DNA of 25,360 nt from the IMG/VR virus record IMGVR_UViG_3300037100_000035, positions 1 through 25,360 of that record. The stretch is one strand, 5' to 3'. This DNA is from a virus (lineage: Duplodnaviria; Caudoviricetes). The notes below the pieces were generated by a model. The model was not told where the DNA came from, did not search any database, and was given only the letters and a program-made list of their open reading frames with translations. The position numbers and the translations under genes were made by a program. Positions 1-8,362 of the stretch are shown one piece after another (the stretch's first letter is position 1; each line of letters begins with the position of its first letter).

Positions 1-300
1 GAACTGCGGGTTGAGCACCGCCGCGGCGCCCGGCGAGAACGTCGCCGCCAGAGGCGCGGCTGTGATGGTATGTGCGCCTGGTTCCGCCAGGCTCGCGGTG
101 CCCAGTGTAAAGCCGCCCGTGAGCGGGGCGGCGGTGACGAACTGCGGGTTGAGCACCGCCGCGGTGCCCGGCGAGAACGTCGCCGCCAGAGGCGCGGCGG
201 TGATGGTCGTGGCCGTCGGTTCCGCCAGGCTCGCGGCGCCCAGGCTGAAGGTGGCGGCCACCGCTGCTGCGGTGATCGCCTGTGGGTTGAGCACCGCGAC
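1..300. repeat. Intragenic imperfect tandem repeat, period 138 bp (46 aa)
   Basis: GAACTGCGGGTTGAGCACCGCCGCGG starts at both 1 and 139, and similarity continues through CCCGGCGAGAACGTCGCCGCCAGAGGCGCGGC. A degenerate third copy (GGGTTGAGCACCGCG) starts near 284. Confidence 0.9.
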
Positions 301-405
301 CGAGCCCAGCGTGAAGGTCGCCGTCAGTCCGCTTGCGGATACAACCTGTGGCGAGGGCGCGGCTGTGCCGTATGGCAGCGCGCCATAGGGCTTAGCGGCA
401 TACAT
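1..405 (-). CDS. Repeat-containing putative tail/fibre protein, 5' part only (missing from the ORF track because it runs off the left edge)
   Basis: ATG at 405 overlaps the upstream stop (TAATG). The frame is open to base 1: MYAAKPYGALPYGTAAPSPQVVSASGLTATFTLGSVAVLNPQAITAAAVAATFSLGAASLAEPTATTITAAPLAATFSPGTAAVLNPQF... It is Ala/Thr-rich with internal repeats. Confidence 0.8.
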   Translation of the reverse strand, partial: MYAAKPYGALPYGTAAPSPQVVSASGLTATFTLGSVAVLNPQAITAAAVAATFSLGAASLAEPTATTITAAPLAATFSPGTAAVLNPQFVTAAPLTGGFTLGTASLAEPGAHTITAAPLAATFSPGAAAVLNPQF

Positions 406-788
406 TAGGGCGTCAGGATGGTGGCGCTGCGTGCGGCAGTGATCGCCCCGGCGGAGACCAGCTGCGTCATGAACGACGCAACAATCGGCCCGCTGGTGAG
501 ATTGACCGTGCCGATCAGCGAGGCAAACATCATCGCCGAAGCAATCGCTGGCGTGCTCGCCGCCAGCGTCTCGATCGCGGTCTGCTCAGCCTGGGTGAAC
601 CGAGCCCAGAAAGCCACCAGCGGGATCACCGAAGGGGGCGCGACGACGGGCGCCGGGTCGGGCGTATTGCCGGCGGCCAGCCAGGCCTGATAGCTCTGAA
701 AGTCAACGTTCGTTGGATCGGCGGGAATCCAGGCCTGGTCGCTCTCGCGCAGGATCGCGGTGCCAGCGGTGAGTTGATAGAGCGCCAT
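405..788 (-). CDS. Small phage protein following the tail fibre; putative fibre assembly chaperone (127 aa)
   Basis: The likely start is ATG at 788 (MALYQLT...), 2 nt after the fibre stop; the longer track ORF (to 1133) overlaps the fibre gene. The motif WIPADPTNVDFQSYQAWLAAGNTPDPA is typical of small proteins encoded after this fibre type. Confidence 0.75.
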   Translation of the reverse strand: MALYQLTAGTAILRESDQAWIPADPTNVDFQSYQAWLAAGNTPDPAPVVAPPSVIPLVAFWARFTQAEQTAIETLAASTPAIASAMMFASLIGTVNLTSGPIVASFMTQLVSAGAITAARSATILTP

Positions 789-790
789 GA

Positions 791-2266
791 TCAGAGATCC
801 GCTGATGCTGAGTAGCTGTAGTTGATCGAAACCGTGCCTGAAGCCGTTGCTGCGCCGCCGGTATAGACTCCTTGATTGCCAAACGCTGACAAGGAAAAGC
901 TGCTGATATTGCTGTTGGCGTTGCTGGTGGCTGCCAGGGTTGGCGTGGCGCGCATTGTTACGATGTTCGGCAGATAAATCTGGAAGCCATTTCCGCCCGG
1001 CGCGTAGGCCGTCAAAACGATATTGCCAAGCTGATAAAACCGCTGGCACCGGACCAGATTCAGCGCCTGATCGACCCGCTCGAACGCGGTCGCGACGGCG
1101 CCGGCCTCGAGTTGCACCGAAGTCAGGTTCCACGTCAGCGTGCCAGTGGCGCCGGCCTGTGCCGCATAGAACTGCAGCTGCAGGCCCGTGGTGGCCGCGG
1201 CGGGGACGGCGAACGTCGCCGTATACGTGGTCGCACCGGCGCCGGGGGTAAACCCGACCAAGCCGATTTGGGTCAGCGTGGAGGCAAAATTATCCGCGGT
1301 GGACGGGTAATACAGCGCCACGACGAACGACGTGCTGCCGGCCGACACGGAATAATTCGTTTGAAACGACACCGTGCAGGTCTGGCCGGCCAGATCATAA
1401 CAGCGCGACGCCTCAATGCGGTGATTGAACTGCGCGTTCGCACCCGCCGTCAAACCGGTGAAAACCCCTTGCATTTGCTTGCGTGAGGTGAAGCCGGCCG
1501 CCGCGATCTGATTGACCGACGCGGTGCCCGCCGACCAGGCTGGTGACCAGCGATCCAGCGCGTAGGCGCCGCTGACAGTGACCGGCAGCCCGCGCTGGGC
1601 AATCTCCATATTGCCGTTATCGACGCGGTTGCGGCCAACAGCGTTGAACACATTGCCGGCGACCGCCGTCAAGGTCCCCGCGACCGACAGATTGCCGGTG
1701 ACGTTGTAGCCGGTGGTGCTGCCCTCGGACTCGAGCTGGAGCATGCCCGATGCGGGCGCGAAGCCGAGATAGCCCTGGCGCACGCCGGCTGGATTGAAAA
1801 AGGCGATATAGCCGGTATTGGCCGCACCCCCGGTGAACAGTGAGATCGAGCCGCCGGAACCGCCTTGAGCGGTAAACGCCGTAGCGGTGGCCGCGCCGGA
1901 GGCCGCAAGCGTCGTAAAGGCGCCCGCGTTCGCCGTGGTCGTGCCGATCGGTCCCGGTGCCGCCAGATACTCCGACAGGGTCAGCGACGTGAAGGTGATC
2001 GAGACCTGGGCGGCGCCGTCCAGGCTCAACAAGGCACCGGTCGATGAACTGCGCAGCGTGCGGGTCAGCGTGGTGCTGGCGGCGGTATAAGTCCCGGTGC
2101 CGATCTCCCAGGCCGTGCCATCCTCGATGAGATATTCCACCACCGACTGATCGGCGAGGCCGGCGGCGGCGAAGGTCTGAAACGGGCTGACCGCCGTGCC
2201 CAGGGTGAGCGTGCCGTTCCCCGTGGTCGCGGTGGTCATCTTGGCGCGGTCAACGAAAACGGGCAT
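791..2266 (-). CDS. Tail fibre / receptor-binding protein
   Basis: N-terminal [18 protein letters not shown]...WEIGTGTY...TLTR anchor-type module. C-terminal domain [14 protein letters not shown]...YALDRW...[13 protein letters not shown]...RCQRFYQ is common in phage fibres. Gly/Thr/Ala-rich and located after the baseplate genes. Confidence 0.85.
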   Translation of the reverse strand: MPVFVDRAKMTTATTGNGTLTLGTAVSPFQTFAAAGLADQSVVEYLIEDGTAWEIGTGTYTAASTTLTRTLRSSSTGALLSLDGAAQVSITFTSLTLSEYLAAPGPIGTTTANAGAFTTLAASGAATATAFTAQGGSGGSISLFTGGAANTGYIAFFNPAGVRQGYLGFAPASGMLQLESEGSTTGYNVTGNLSVAGTLTAVAGNVFNAVGRNRVDNGNMEIAQRGLPVTVSGAYALDRWSPAWSAGTASVNQIAAAGFTSRKQMQGVFTGLTAGANAQFNHRIEASRCYDLAGQTCTVSFQTNYSVSAGSTSFVVALYYPSTADNFASTLTQIGLVGFTPGAGATTYTATFAVPAAATTGLQLQFYAAQAGATGTLTWNLTSVQLEAGAVATAFERVDQALNLVRCQRFYQLGNIVLTAYAPGGNGFQIYLPNIVTMRATPTLAATSNANSNISSFSLSAFGNQGVYTGGAATASGTVSINYSYSASADL

Positions 2267-2276
2267 GGCGGGCGCC

Positions 2277-2711
2277 TTAGCTCAGGGTCAGCACGGCGCC
2301 GGAGAAGTTGATCGTGATATTGGCTCCGTTCGGCGTGACCGGCAAACCCGTTTCGGTATCCATATAGGCTACCAGCTGCGAGGTCGCCGCCGTGCCGGTG
2401 TCGTTATAAAACACCAACGCCTGGCCGGTCGCCGCGGCGTTGGCGCCGGTGGGAGCGGCGACCGATGGCAGCACCACCGAGGATGCGCTCAGCGACCCGG
2501 AGGCGACGGCTTTGCCGGTCAGCGCCACACCCGGCGCCAGGATGGCGGCGGTGGGCACGCTGCTGAAAAACTGGTGTGTGGCGCTATACGTATAGTTGGT
2601 CTGCCCGGTGGTGGTGCTGACCAGACAGACCTTCAGCGTCGATCCGGTGACCAGGTCGAGGCCCGGCGACAGGGCGACCGATTTATAGGTCGGGTAAACA
2701 ACGTTTGCCAT
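2277..2711 (-). CDS. Conserved phage minor tail/structural protein (144 aa)
   Basis: Motifs MANVVY...LKVCLV...HQFFS...[37 protein letters not shown] resemble a widespread small virion-protein family. AAGGA RBS upstream. Confidence 0.75.
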   Translation of the reverse strand: MANVVYPTYKSVALSPGLDLVTGSTLKVCLVSTTTGQTNYTYSATHQFFSSVPTAAILAPGVALTGKAVASGSLSASSVVLPSVAAPTGANAAATGQALVFYNDTGTAATSQLVAYMDTETGLPVTPNGANITINFSGAVLTLS

Positions 2712-2752
2712 GAGAACATCCTTTCAAAGCCAGCGAAGCGTCAAACTTTCAG

Positions 2753-3670
2753 CTACGGCACCGTCACGCCGGTCAGCGCGAAATCGCCAGTCGTGGCCGC
2801 ACCTGTAATGATCAGCGGCACCGTGCCGGTGTTGGTCACGGTGACCGTCTGAGCGGCACTGCTCGTCGCGGTCGCCTCGGGTGGGAAGCTCAGCGCGGTG
2901 GTGCTCAGCGTGTAGGCCGGCAGCGCGGTCACGGTGCCGGAAATGACGCCGGGACTGATGCTGACGATGGCCGTCGGCACGCTGGTGATGACGCCGGGGC
3001 CGATGCTGACCAACGGCTGCCACGGACTGATGTCTATGCCACTGCCGCCAGTGAAGCTGAAGAAGACGATCGTTTCGGCCGGCTTGTAGCGCAGGAACTG
3101 GCAGACCAGCTCGCCAACATCGAAGGTCGCCAGGGGATCACCCACCGCGCTGCTGCCGGCCTCGAAGTAGAAGGTCTGGATCTGCGGCGAACTGACTTGC
3201 CAGGCGTACGCCCAGGCCGGTCCATACATCGGTAAGCCGACCGCCTCGCCGATGGTGTAGTCGGTGAACTCGGTGATGGTGATGTCGAAGCCGAGGGTGG
3301 CGGCCAGGGTGATGAAGTAGCTGACCGACATCGAGCCACGGGCGGCGAACTTGGCCCGCACATTTGCCTGGCGCTGCTCCAGCGTCGGGCTGGCCGGCGT
3401 GCAGGGGTCCGGCAGACCGAGCGATTCCTCCCACTCGGGCAACAGGTTTTGCGTCGTCGCCGGGCTGGCATCGACCAGCACCTGCAGGGCGGCGGCGGTG
3501 CTGCGCGTGTAGCTCGGCGCCAGCGCTGCGAGGGTTTCGGATTGCACCGATTGCGGACCACGCGGCCAGATGATGCCCCGCGGCATCAAGGCCAGCATCG
3601 CCGCCTGGTAGTCGGCATTGCCGAACGGCGGTGGCACCGGCGCCGGCGCGGGTGTCGGCGGGTCGCTCAC
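2753..3670 (-). CDS. Baseplate protein YmfQ/DUF2313 (Mu gp48-like) with ~100-aa C-terminal extension
   Basis: DYQAAMLALMPRGIIWP, LLPEWEESLGLPDPC, YFITLAATLGFDITITEF, YKPAETIVFF; directly downstream of the gp47-like gene. Confidence 0.88.
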   Translation of the reverse strand: MSDPPTPAPAPVPPPFGNADYQAAMLALMPRGIIWPRGPQSVQSETLAALAPSYTRSTAAALQVLVDASPATTQNLLPEWEESLGLPDPCTPASPTLEQRQANVRAKFAARGSMSVSYFITLAATLGFDITITEFTDYTIGEAVGLPMYGPAWAYAWQVSSPQIQTFYFEAGSSAVGDPLATFDVGELVCQFLRYKPAETIVFFSFTGGSGIDISPWQPLVSIGPGVITSVPTAIVSISPGVISGTVTALPAYTLSTTALSFPPEATATSSAAQTVTVTNTGTVPLIITGAATTGDFALTGVTVP

Positions 3671-3685
3671 AGCCTGTGTCCCGCG

Positions 3686-4813
3686 TCAGACGTAAGTGAT
3701 GGTGCCAAGGATGAAGACATAGCCAATCGGCGAGGCCAGCGGCCAGCTGGCCGGCAGCACGATCGAAAACGACGGCAAGCCGCCGATCGCGGCCATCGCC
3801 GCCTCACAATCGCTCTGCTGCACCGAGGCGGCCCCCAGCGGCGAATCGATGGTGACGAACAGGCTGGCAAGCGCGCTGGCGATCTGTGAGCGTTGCGCCG
3901 TGCTGATCGCCGTCAGGCCCGAGAGGGTGAAGTTCTGCAACTGCGGCTGCGGCGCGACGGCATAGACCAGCGCGGTGACAGGGCGCAGCGGGAAGATGTA
4001 GTTGGCCACCGCCAGCTGATCGCCGGTGGCGGCCACCGCGCGGGTCTCGGCGGCGGCAACGCCACTGCTGCCCTGCGGGAAGCCGCCATAGACCGCTTCT
4101 GCGACATCCATCATGAAGTAGACGATCACGGTGCCGGCGCCGAAGCCGGTCGGGCTGCACCAGGCGCGGGTGACCCCGGGCACGGCGAGGGCCCAGGTGA
4201 CATAATCCGCCTGATCGCCGCCATGCGGTGGCGCGGCGTAGCTCTCCAGCATGCGCGTGCGCAGCGCCGCGTCGGTTTCCAGATCGGCGCCGCCGGTCAG
4301 CGGACCAGCCGCCGCGCCGAGCGAGACGATCCCGGCGACGACGCCCGAAAGGGTGAGCGGCGCACCGGCGTCGGTGTTGGAGGCCGATCCGGCGACGACG
4401 GCCTGGATCGTGGTGGTGACCGTGCCGCCGGAGCCGACCACAGCGGCGGCGGTGGTGACGAACTGGCTGAGGTCGCTGCGCGAGCAGAGCGTGCCGACGG
4501 GCAGCGGCGTCAGCGCGACGCCGGCCCAGGTTGCCGAGCCACAGGCCGGCGTCGGCGCCTTGCGCAGCACCGGCGTCGGCGCCAGCGCGGCCCAGCCCTC
4601 CAGATACTCGTCGGTCGCGGTGAACGGTGTGGACTGGCGCGAGATCCAGTCAAGATAGCCGTAATGCAGGTAGGCCAGCCCCGCCTGCACCCAGGCCAGC
4701 ACGCGCAACACCGAGCGGCGCAGGAAGCCATCCGCGTTGGGCAAGCCCGACGCGGTGATGTCCTGCATCGCCTGGGTTCTGAGGGCCGTCAGAGTCGGGC
4801 GGGGAAACGGCAC
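3686..4813 (-). CDS. Baseplate J / Mu gp47-like wedge protein
   Basis: PFPRPTLTALR, TATDEYLEGWA, GGADLETDAALRTR, PPHGGDQADYVTWALAVPGVTRAW. GTG start with GAGG RBS. Confidence 0.92.
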   Translation of the reverse strand: MPFPRPTLTALRTQAMQDITASGLPNADGFLRRSVLRVLAWVQAGLAYLHYGYLDWISRQSTPFTATDEYLEGWAALAPTPVLRKAPTPACGSATWAGVALTPLPVGTLCSRSDLSQFVTTAAAVVGSGGTVTTTIQAVVAGSASNTDAGAPLTLSGVVAGIVSLGAAAGPLTGGADLETDAALRTRMLESYAAPPHGGDQADYVTWALAVPGVTRAWCSPTGFGAGTVIVYFMMDVAEAVYGGFPQGSSGVAAAETRAVAATGDQLAVANYIFPLRPVTALVYAVAPQPQLQNFTLSGLTAISTAQRSQIASALASLFVTIDSPLGAASVQQSDCEAAMAAIGGLPSFSIVLPASWPLASPIGYVFILGTITYV

Positions 4814-4816
4814 CGG

Positions 4817-5284
4817 TTAGACCTCTTGCTGCCAGGCATAGGTGAACGACGTGCGCTTGCCGCTTGGTTCGGTGATGACCACTTGCATGCCGATCTGACC
4901 CTTGCCGAGAAATTGCGTGCTGACGTTGACCGAGGCGGCCACGCCGTCATCGATCATCCACTGCAAGGCTTTGGTTGCGGTATCGTTGGCCCAGTTGAGC
5001 GTGTCCTGGTTGGTAACCCGCCAGAAAACCTGCCACAGCCGCGAGCCGATCTGATCGGCCTCGTAGGTATCCGCCCACCAGCCACGCGGATCCGCCGCCT
5101 GACCCGGCGGCAGCACGTCGTCGGGATCGGCCAGCTGATCGGTGAACAGCGAGATCAGCACAGCGGTCTGCAGCTCGTCGCCGGTCAGCAGATCGCCGCC
5201 CTGGGGCAGCATCTGGAAGTCGCCCGTCGTGGTATCGGGGTTGAAGACGATGGTGATGTCGCCCAGCGCGCCGGTGAAGGCCAT
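4817..5284 (-). CDS. Mu gp46-like baseplate protein
   Basis: LQTAVLISLFTD, DPRGWWAD, IGSRLW, ALQWMIDDGVA. Confidence 0.92.
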   Translation of the reverse strand: MAFTGALGDITIVFNPDTTTGDFQMLPQGGDLLTGDELQTAVLISLFTDQLADPDDVLPPGQAADPRGWWADTYEADQIGSRLWQVFWRVTNQDTLNWANDTATKALQWMIDDGVAASVNVSTQFLGKGQIGMQVVITEPSGKRTSFTYAWQQEV

Positions 5285-5285
5285 C

Positions 5286-5807
5286 TCAGCTGCCCGCCGT
5301 CGGCGCCGCGGTCGAGCCGGTTCCGGTTGCCACGCCGGCGTGCTTGTGCTGCTGGACCGTCACCGAGCCGGCGGTGCCGGCCCCGGCGGTAATCTCGCCG
5401 CTGACGGTCAGGTTGCCGGTGATCGACAGATTGCCGACCAGCGCCGCGCCGGTCGAAGCCATCAGCAGCGAATGGCCCCACATGTCGTGCATCACGCTCT
5501 GGCCCGGCTGTAGCCCGCGATAGCGGTACGTCTGGTGCCCGGTCGCCACCACCACGCCCTGCGAGCGGTCGCCGTTGAGGAAGATCATCGCCTTGTCGCC
5601 GCCGATCGGCAGCGAGGACGAGAAGCCGTAGTTCAGCAAGGTCGGGATGTTGTCGCGCAATGACAGCGGATCGATCTGGCCCTGTATGGTCTGCACGCTG
5701 CCGGTGTCGATGGCCGGCGCGGTGGAGCGCGAGAGCGCCGTCATCAGGCGCAGTGCCCGTTCCAGCCGCTCGATGCGCTGCGTCAGCTGGGCGACGTGCG
5801 GATCCAT
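5286..5807 (-). CDS. Baseplate central spike (Mu gp45 / gpV-like)
   Basis: YGFSSSLPIG...NGDRSQGVVVA; C-terminal HxH iron-binding tip QQHKHAGV...TAAP. Confidence 0.9.
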   Translation of the reverse strand: MDPHVAQLTQRIERLERALRLMTALSRSTAPAIDTGSVQTIQGQIDPLSLRDNIPTLLNYGFSSSLPIGGDKAMIFLNGDRSQGVVVATGHQTYRYRGLQPGQSVMHDMWGHSLLMASTGAALVGNLSITGNLTVSGEITAGAGTAGSVTVQQHKHAGVATGTGSTAAPTAGS

Positions 5808-7015
5808 CAGACGTGTCCCAGCAAGCCGGCCGGGCCGCTGGTCGAGGCCGGTGGCGGGTTCTGGCTGCTGGGCACCGTGTTGGTCACCTCTGAGTCGAAC
5901 GGCAGCAGCGTTGACGGCTCAAGCGACAACGCGCCCGGCGGCATCAGCACCAGATCGGCATGCGTGCCGTTCTGGTCCTTGCGAAACACCACCGAGACAA
6001 TCACCCAGTTGTTGTTGACCAGTTTCAGCGCCGGCAGAGTGACCACGGCAAACCAGTTGGGCGTCCACAACTTGCCCTTCTGGTCGCGCCAGCTATCGCA
6101 GGTGATATGCACCGCCTGCGAGCGGCCGATGCGCCGGGTCATCTCCCATTCCGCCATGCGCTGGCCAAACGTCGGCGAGTTGTCGCTCTGCGTCGAGGGC
6201 ACCAGCCGGGGCCGGAACCGGCCGAGCGCCTGCAAGCCGTTGTCCACCACGCCATGGCTGCGCCGGATCGTCGGCGAGACTTTGGCGCCCTCGCTCAGCC
6301 CGTCCGTGGTGCTCCAGAGCACGGTAATTTCGGAAAACCTCTCGTCGTAGCCGGACGACAGGGAGGCCTGCTCGACATTGACCCCTTGCGCGAAACCGCT
6401 GGCCATCGCCTGGGTCGCGGGCGGCACCCGGTCCAGCACCAGCTGACCCTTCTCGTCCTCGAAGACCAGATAGCCCTGGTAGCGGGCCACCCGCTCGATG
6501 ATCTCATAGGGTGTCTCGCCGAGCTGCACCTGAAACGTCAGGATGGGACCGGCCAGATCGAGGAACGGGCAAGTCACCGTGATGGCGAATTTGCTGTTCT
6601 GGCAGAGTTGCACGGCGAGGTCGACCGCGCCGGTCGCCGTCGCCGCGCCGCCGCGCATCGGGGTGTCGATGATGTCGGCCGAGCAGTCGACGATGTCTTC
6701 GCACAGCCCGCGGCCGATGATCCGCACGTCATGGCGGTTCGCGCCGATGGCGCCCTCATAGCGGTCGATATAGCCGGTAATCACCAGGTCCGGCCCGATA
6801 AAGACCTGGCAATGATCACCGGGGTTGACGATCCGGCGCGTCGGATCGTTGGAGAACTCCTCGGTCATCGTCAGCATGAAATGGTTGGGGATCAGCTCGA
6901 CGCTGCGGTTGATTTCGACGGTTTGCCAGCCGGCGATCTTCGAGCAGCCGTTGATGACGATCGAGACGTCCCCGCCGCTGGCGGTGGTGTAGGTTGCCGC
7001 TGACGGACCGCTCAT
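5807..7015 (-). CDS. Baseplate hub protein (Mu gpP/gp44-like)
   Basis: GWQTVEINRSVE, VITGYID, IIGRGLCEDIVDCS, GET..EIIERVAR, WRDQKGKLWTPN; lies between gpN and the spike gene. Confidence 0.88.
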   Translation of the reverse strand: MSGPSAATYTTASGGDVSIVINGCSKIAGWQTVEINRSVELIPNHFMLTMTEEFSNDPTRRIVNPGDHCQVFIGPDLVITGYIDRYEGAIGANRHDVRIIGRGLCEDIVDCSADIIDTPMRGGAATATGAVDLAVQLCQNSKFAITVTCPFLDLAGPILTFQVQLGETPYEIIERVARYQGYLVFEDEKGQLVLDRVPPATQAMASGFAQGVNVEQASLSSGYDERFSEITVLWSTTDGLSEGAKVSPTIRRSHGVVDNGLQALGRFRPRLVPSTQSDNSPTFGQRMAEWEMTRRIGRSQAVHITCDSWRDQKGKLWTPNWFAVVTLPALKLVNNNWVIVSVVFRKDQNGTHADLVLMPPGALSLEPSTLLPFDSEVTNTVPSSQNPPPASTSGPAGLLGHV

Positions 7016-8349
7016 GAGGCCAGCACCTGGATCGTGGTCGGCAGGAATGCCGGATGCGGCACGCCGGCCTCGGCGGCGACCTGGTCGGCGCGGCTGGCGT
7101 CGCGATAGACGCGGTAGGCCACCACCAGCGCGGACAGGTTGCTGGGCAGCGTGAGCGTGATCACCAGCGGCAGTGCCGCGGCGCGCGCGGTGAGGTCCTG
7201 GATCACCGCGGCGCGGACGTTCTTGAGCGCAATATAGGAATTGTCATCGCCCGCGTCGCCCGCGGCGGTGATCTCGACATCGAGCGCCGCGGCGATCTGA
7301 TCGCGCATGGCAATCGCGTCCTCGTAGGACACCGGCTGATAGGCTGCCGTTGCCAGCGCCAGGCTGGTCAGTGCACAGCGCCGGCAGATCACCGCCATGG
7401 TCTGGCCGACAATGGCGGCATCGGCCGCCAGCCCGCCAGGGCCATAGGTGTGCGTGTCGGCGTAAGTGCAGAGCGCGAGCAGCAGACGGATCTGATCGGC
7501 TGGATTGTTCAGCATCGCCCGCGTCGCCTCCAGCATGGCGGCAATCTGGTTGACCAGCGCCTGCGCGGTGGCTGCGCTGAAGGCGGCGGCGGCGGCCGAG
7601 GCGGCGGCGGCGGCTTGCTGGACCGTCAGGCGCTGAGCCGCCAGCTGGGCTTGCAGTGCGCCAACCGTCGTGCCGATCGGCAGGGCGGTATAGGCGCCGC
7701 CGTTGGCATAGCGCCCGTAGCTGGTGAAATCGTTCGGCGGCGGCAGCGCGGTCGCCATCGCCACCAGGGCACTCGGATCGGCGCTGGCCGTGCTGCAGCT
7801 CGCGCCGAATGACTGGGTGACGCTCTCGCCTTGCGTGAGCGCGAGCACACCGGAGGCCGCGGCGAGTACCGCCACGCCGATGGCGATCTCGGAGCCGAAT
7901 TGCAGCAGCGCGCCCGAGACGGCGCTGACCACCGACGACAGCGCATTGGTGAGGACCGACGGAAACAAGCTGGCGCCCTGCTCGCGGAACAGAAACTCGA
8001 TGGAGATCACCCGCATCCGCTCCTTGTGGACGGCGGTGGTGGCCGACAGCAGGGCCACCTGCATCGCCCCCAGCGTCGGATGGATCAGCAGGCCCGGGCC
8101 GGGCAGTTCCAACGCGGTGTCGAGCAGCAGCTGCATGAGTGGCGCGACATCGCCGACGAGATGGCCGGTCAGGCGAAACTCGCGCTGCTTGCGGCCCATG
8201 TCCTCCATCCAGCCGCCGTCGCGGAAGGGGTATTCATGCACCGCGACCTTGCGTCCCTTGGTGACCTCCGAAGCGTCCACCAGGAACGGCACGCCACGCC
8301 AATACGCCCGCTGGAGCAACGACTGGAAGGTGGAGAGCACGCCCGACAT
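7012..8349 (-). CDS. DNA circularization protein (Mu gpN-like)
   Basis: AYWRGVPFLV...GRKVAVHEYPFRDGGWMEDMGR, GPGLLIHPTLG, C-terminal LVVAYRVYRDASRADQV...VPHPAFLP. Confidence 0.92.
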   Translation of the reverse strand: MSGVLSTFQSLLQRAYWRGVPFLVDASEVTKGRKVAVHEYPFRDGGWMEDMGRKQREFRLTGHLVGDVAPLMQLLLDTALELPGPGLLIHPTLGAMQVALLSATTAVHKERMRVISIEFLFREQGASLFPSVLTNALSSVVSAVSGALLQFGSEIAIGVAVLAAASGVLALTQGESVTQSFGASCSTASADPSALVAMATALPPPNDFTSYGRYANGGAYTALPIGTTVGALQAQLAAQRLTVQQAAAAASAAAAAFSAATAQALVNQIAAMLEATRAMLNNPADQIRLLLALCTYADTHTYGPGGLAADAAIVGQTMAVICRRCALTSLALATAAYQPVSYEDAIAMRDQIAAALDVEITAAGDAGDDNSYIALKNVRAAVIQDLTARAAALPLVITLTLPSNLSALVVAYRVYRDASRADQVAAEAGVPHPAFLPTTIQVLAS

Positions 8350-8362
8350 CGGCTATCTCCTC

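Noticed and set aside
791-2266. Diversity-generating retroelement or invertible fibre cassette
   Set aside because: No reverse transcriptase, no template/variable repeat pair, and no invertase or inverted second fibre end are visible in this window. They cannot be excluded beyond the left edge.
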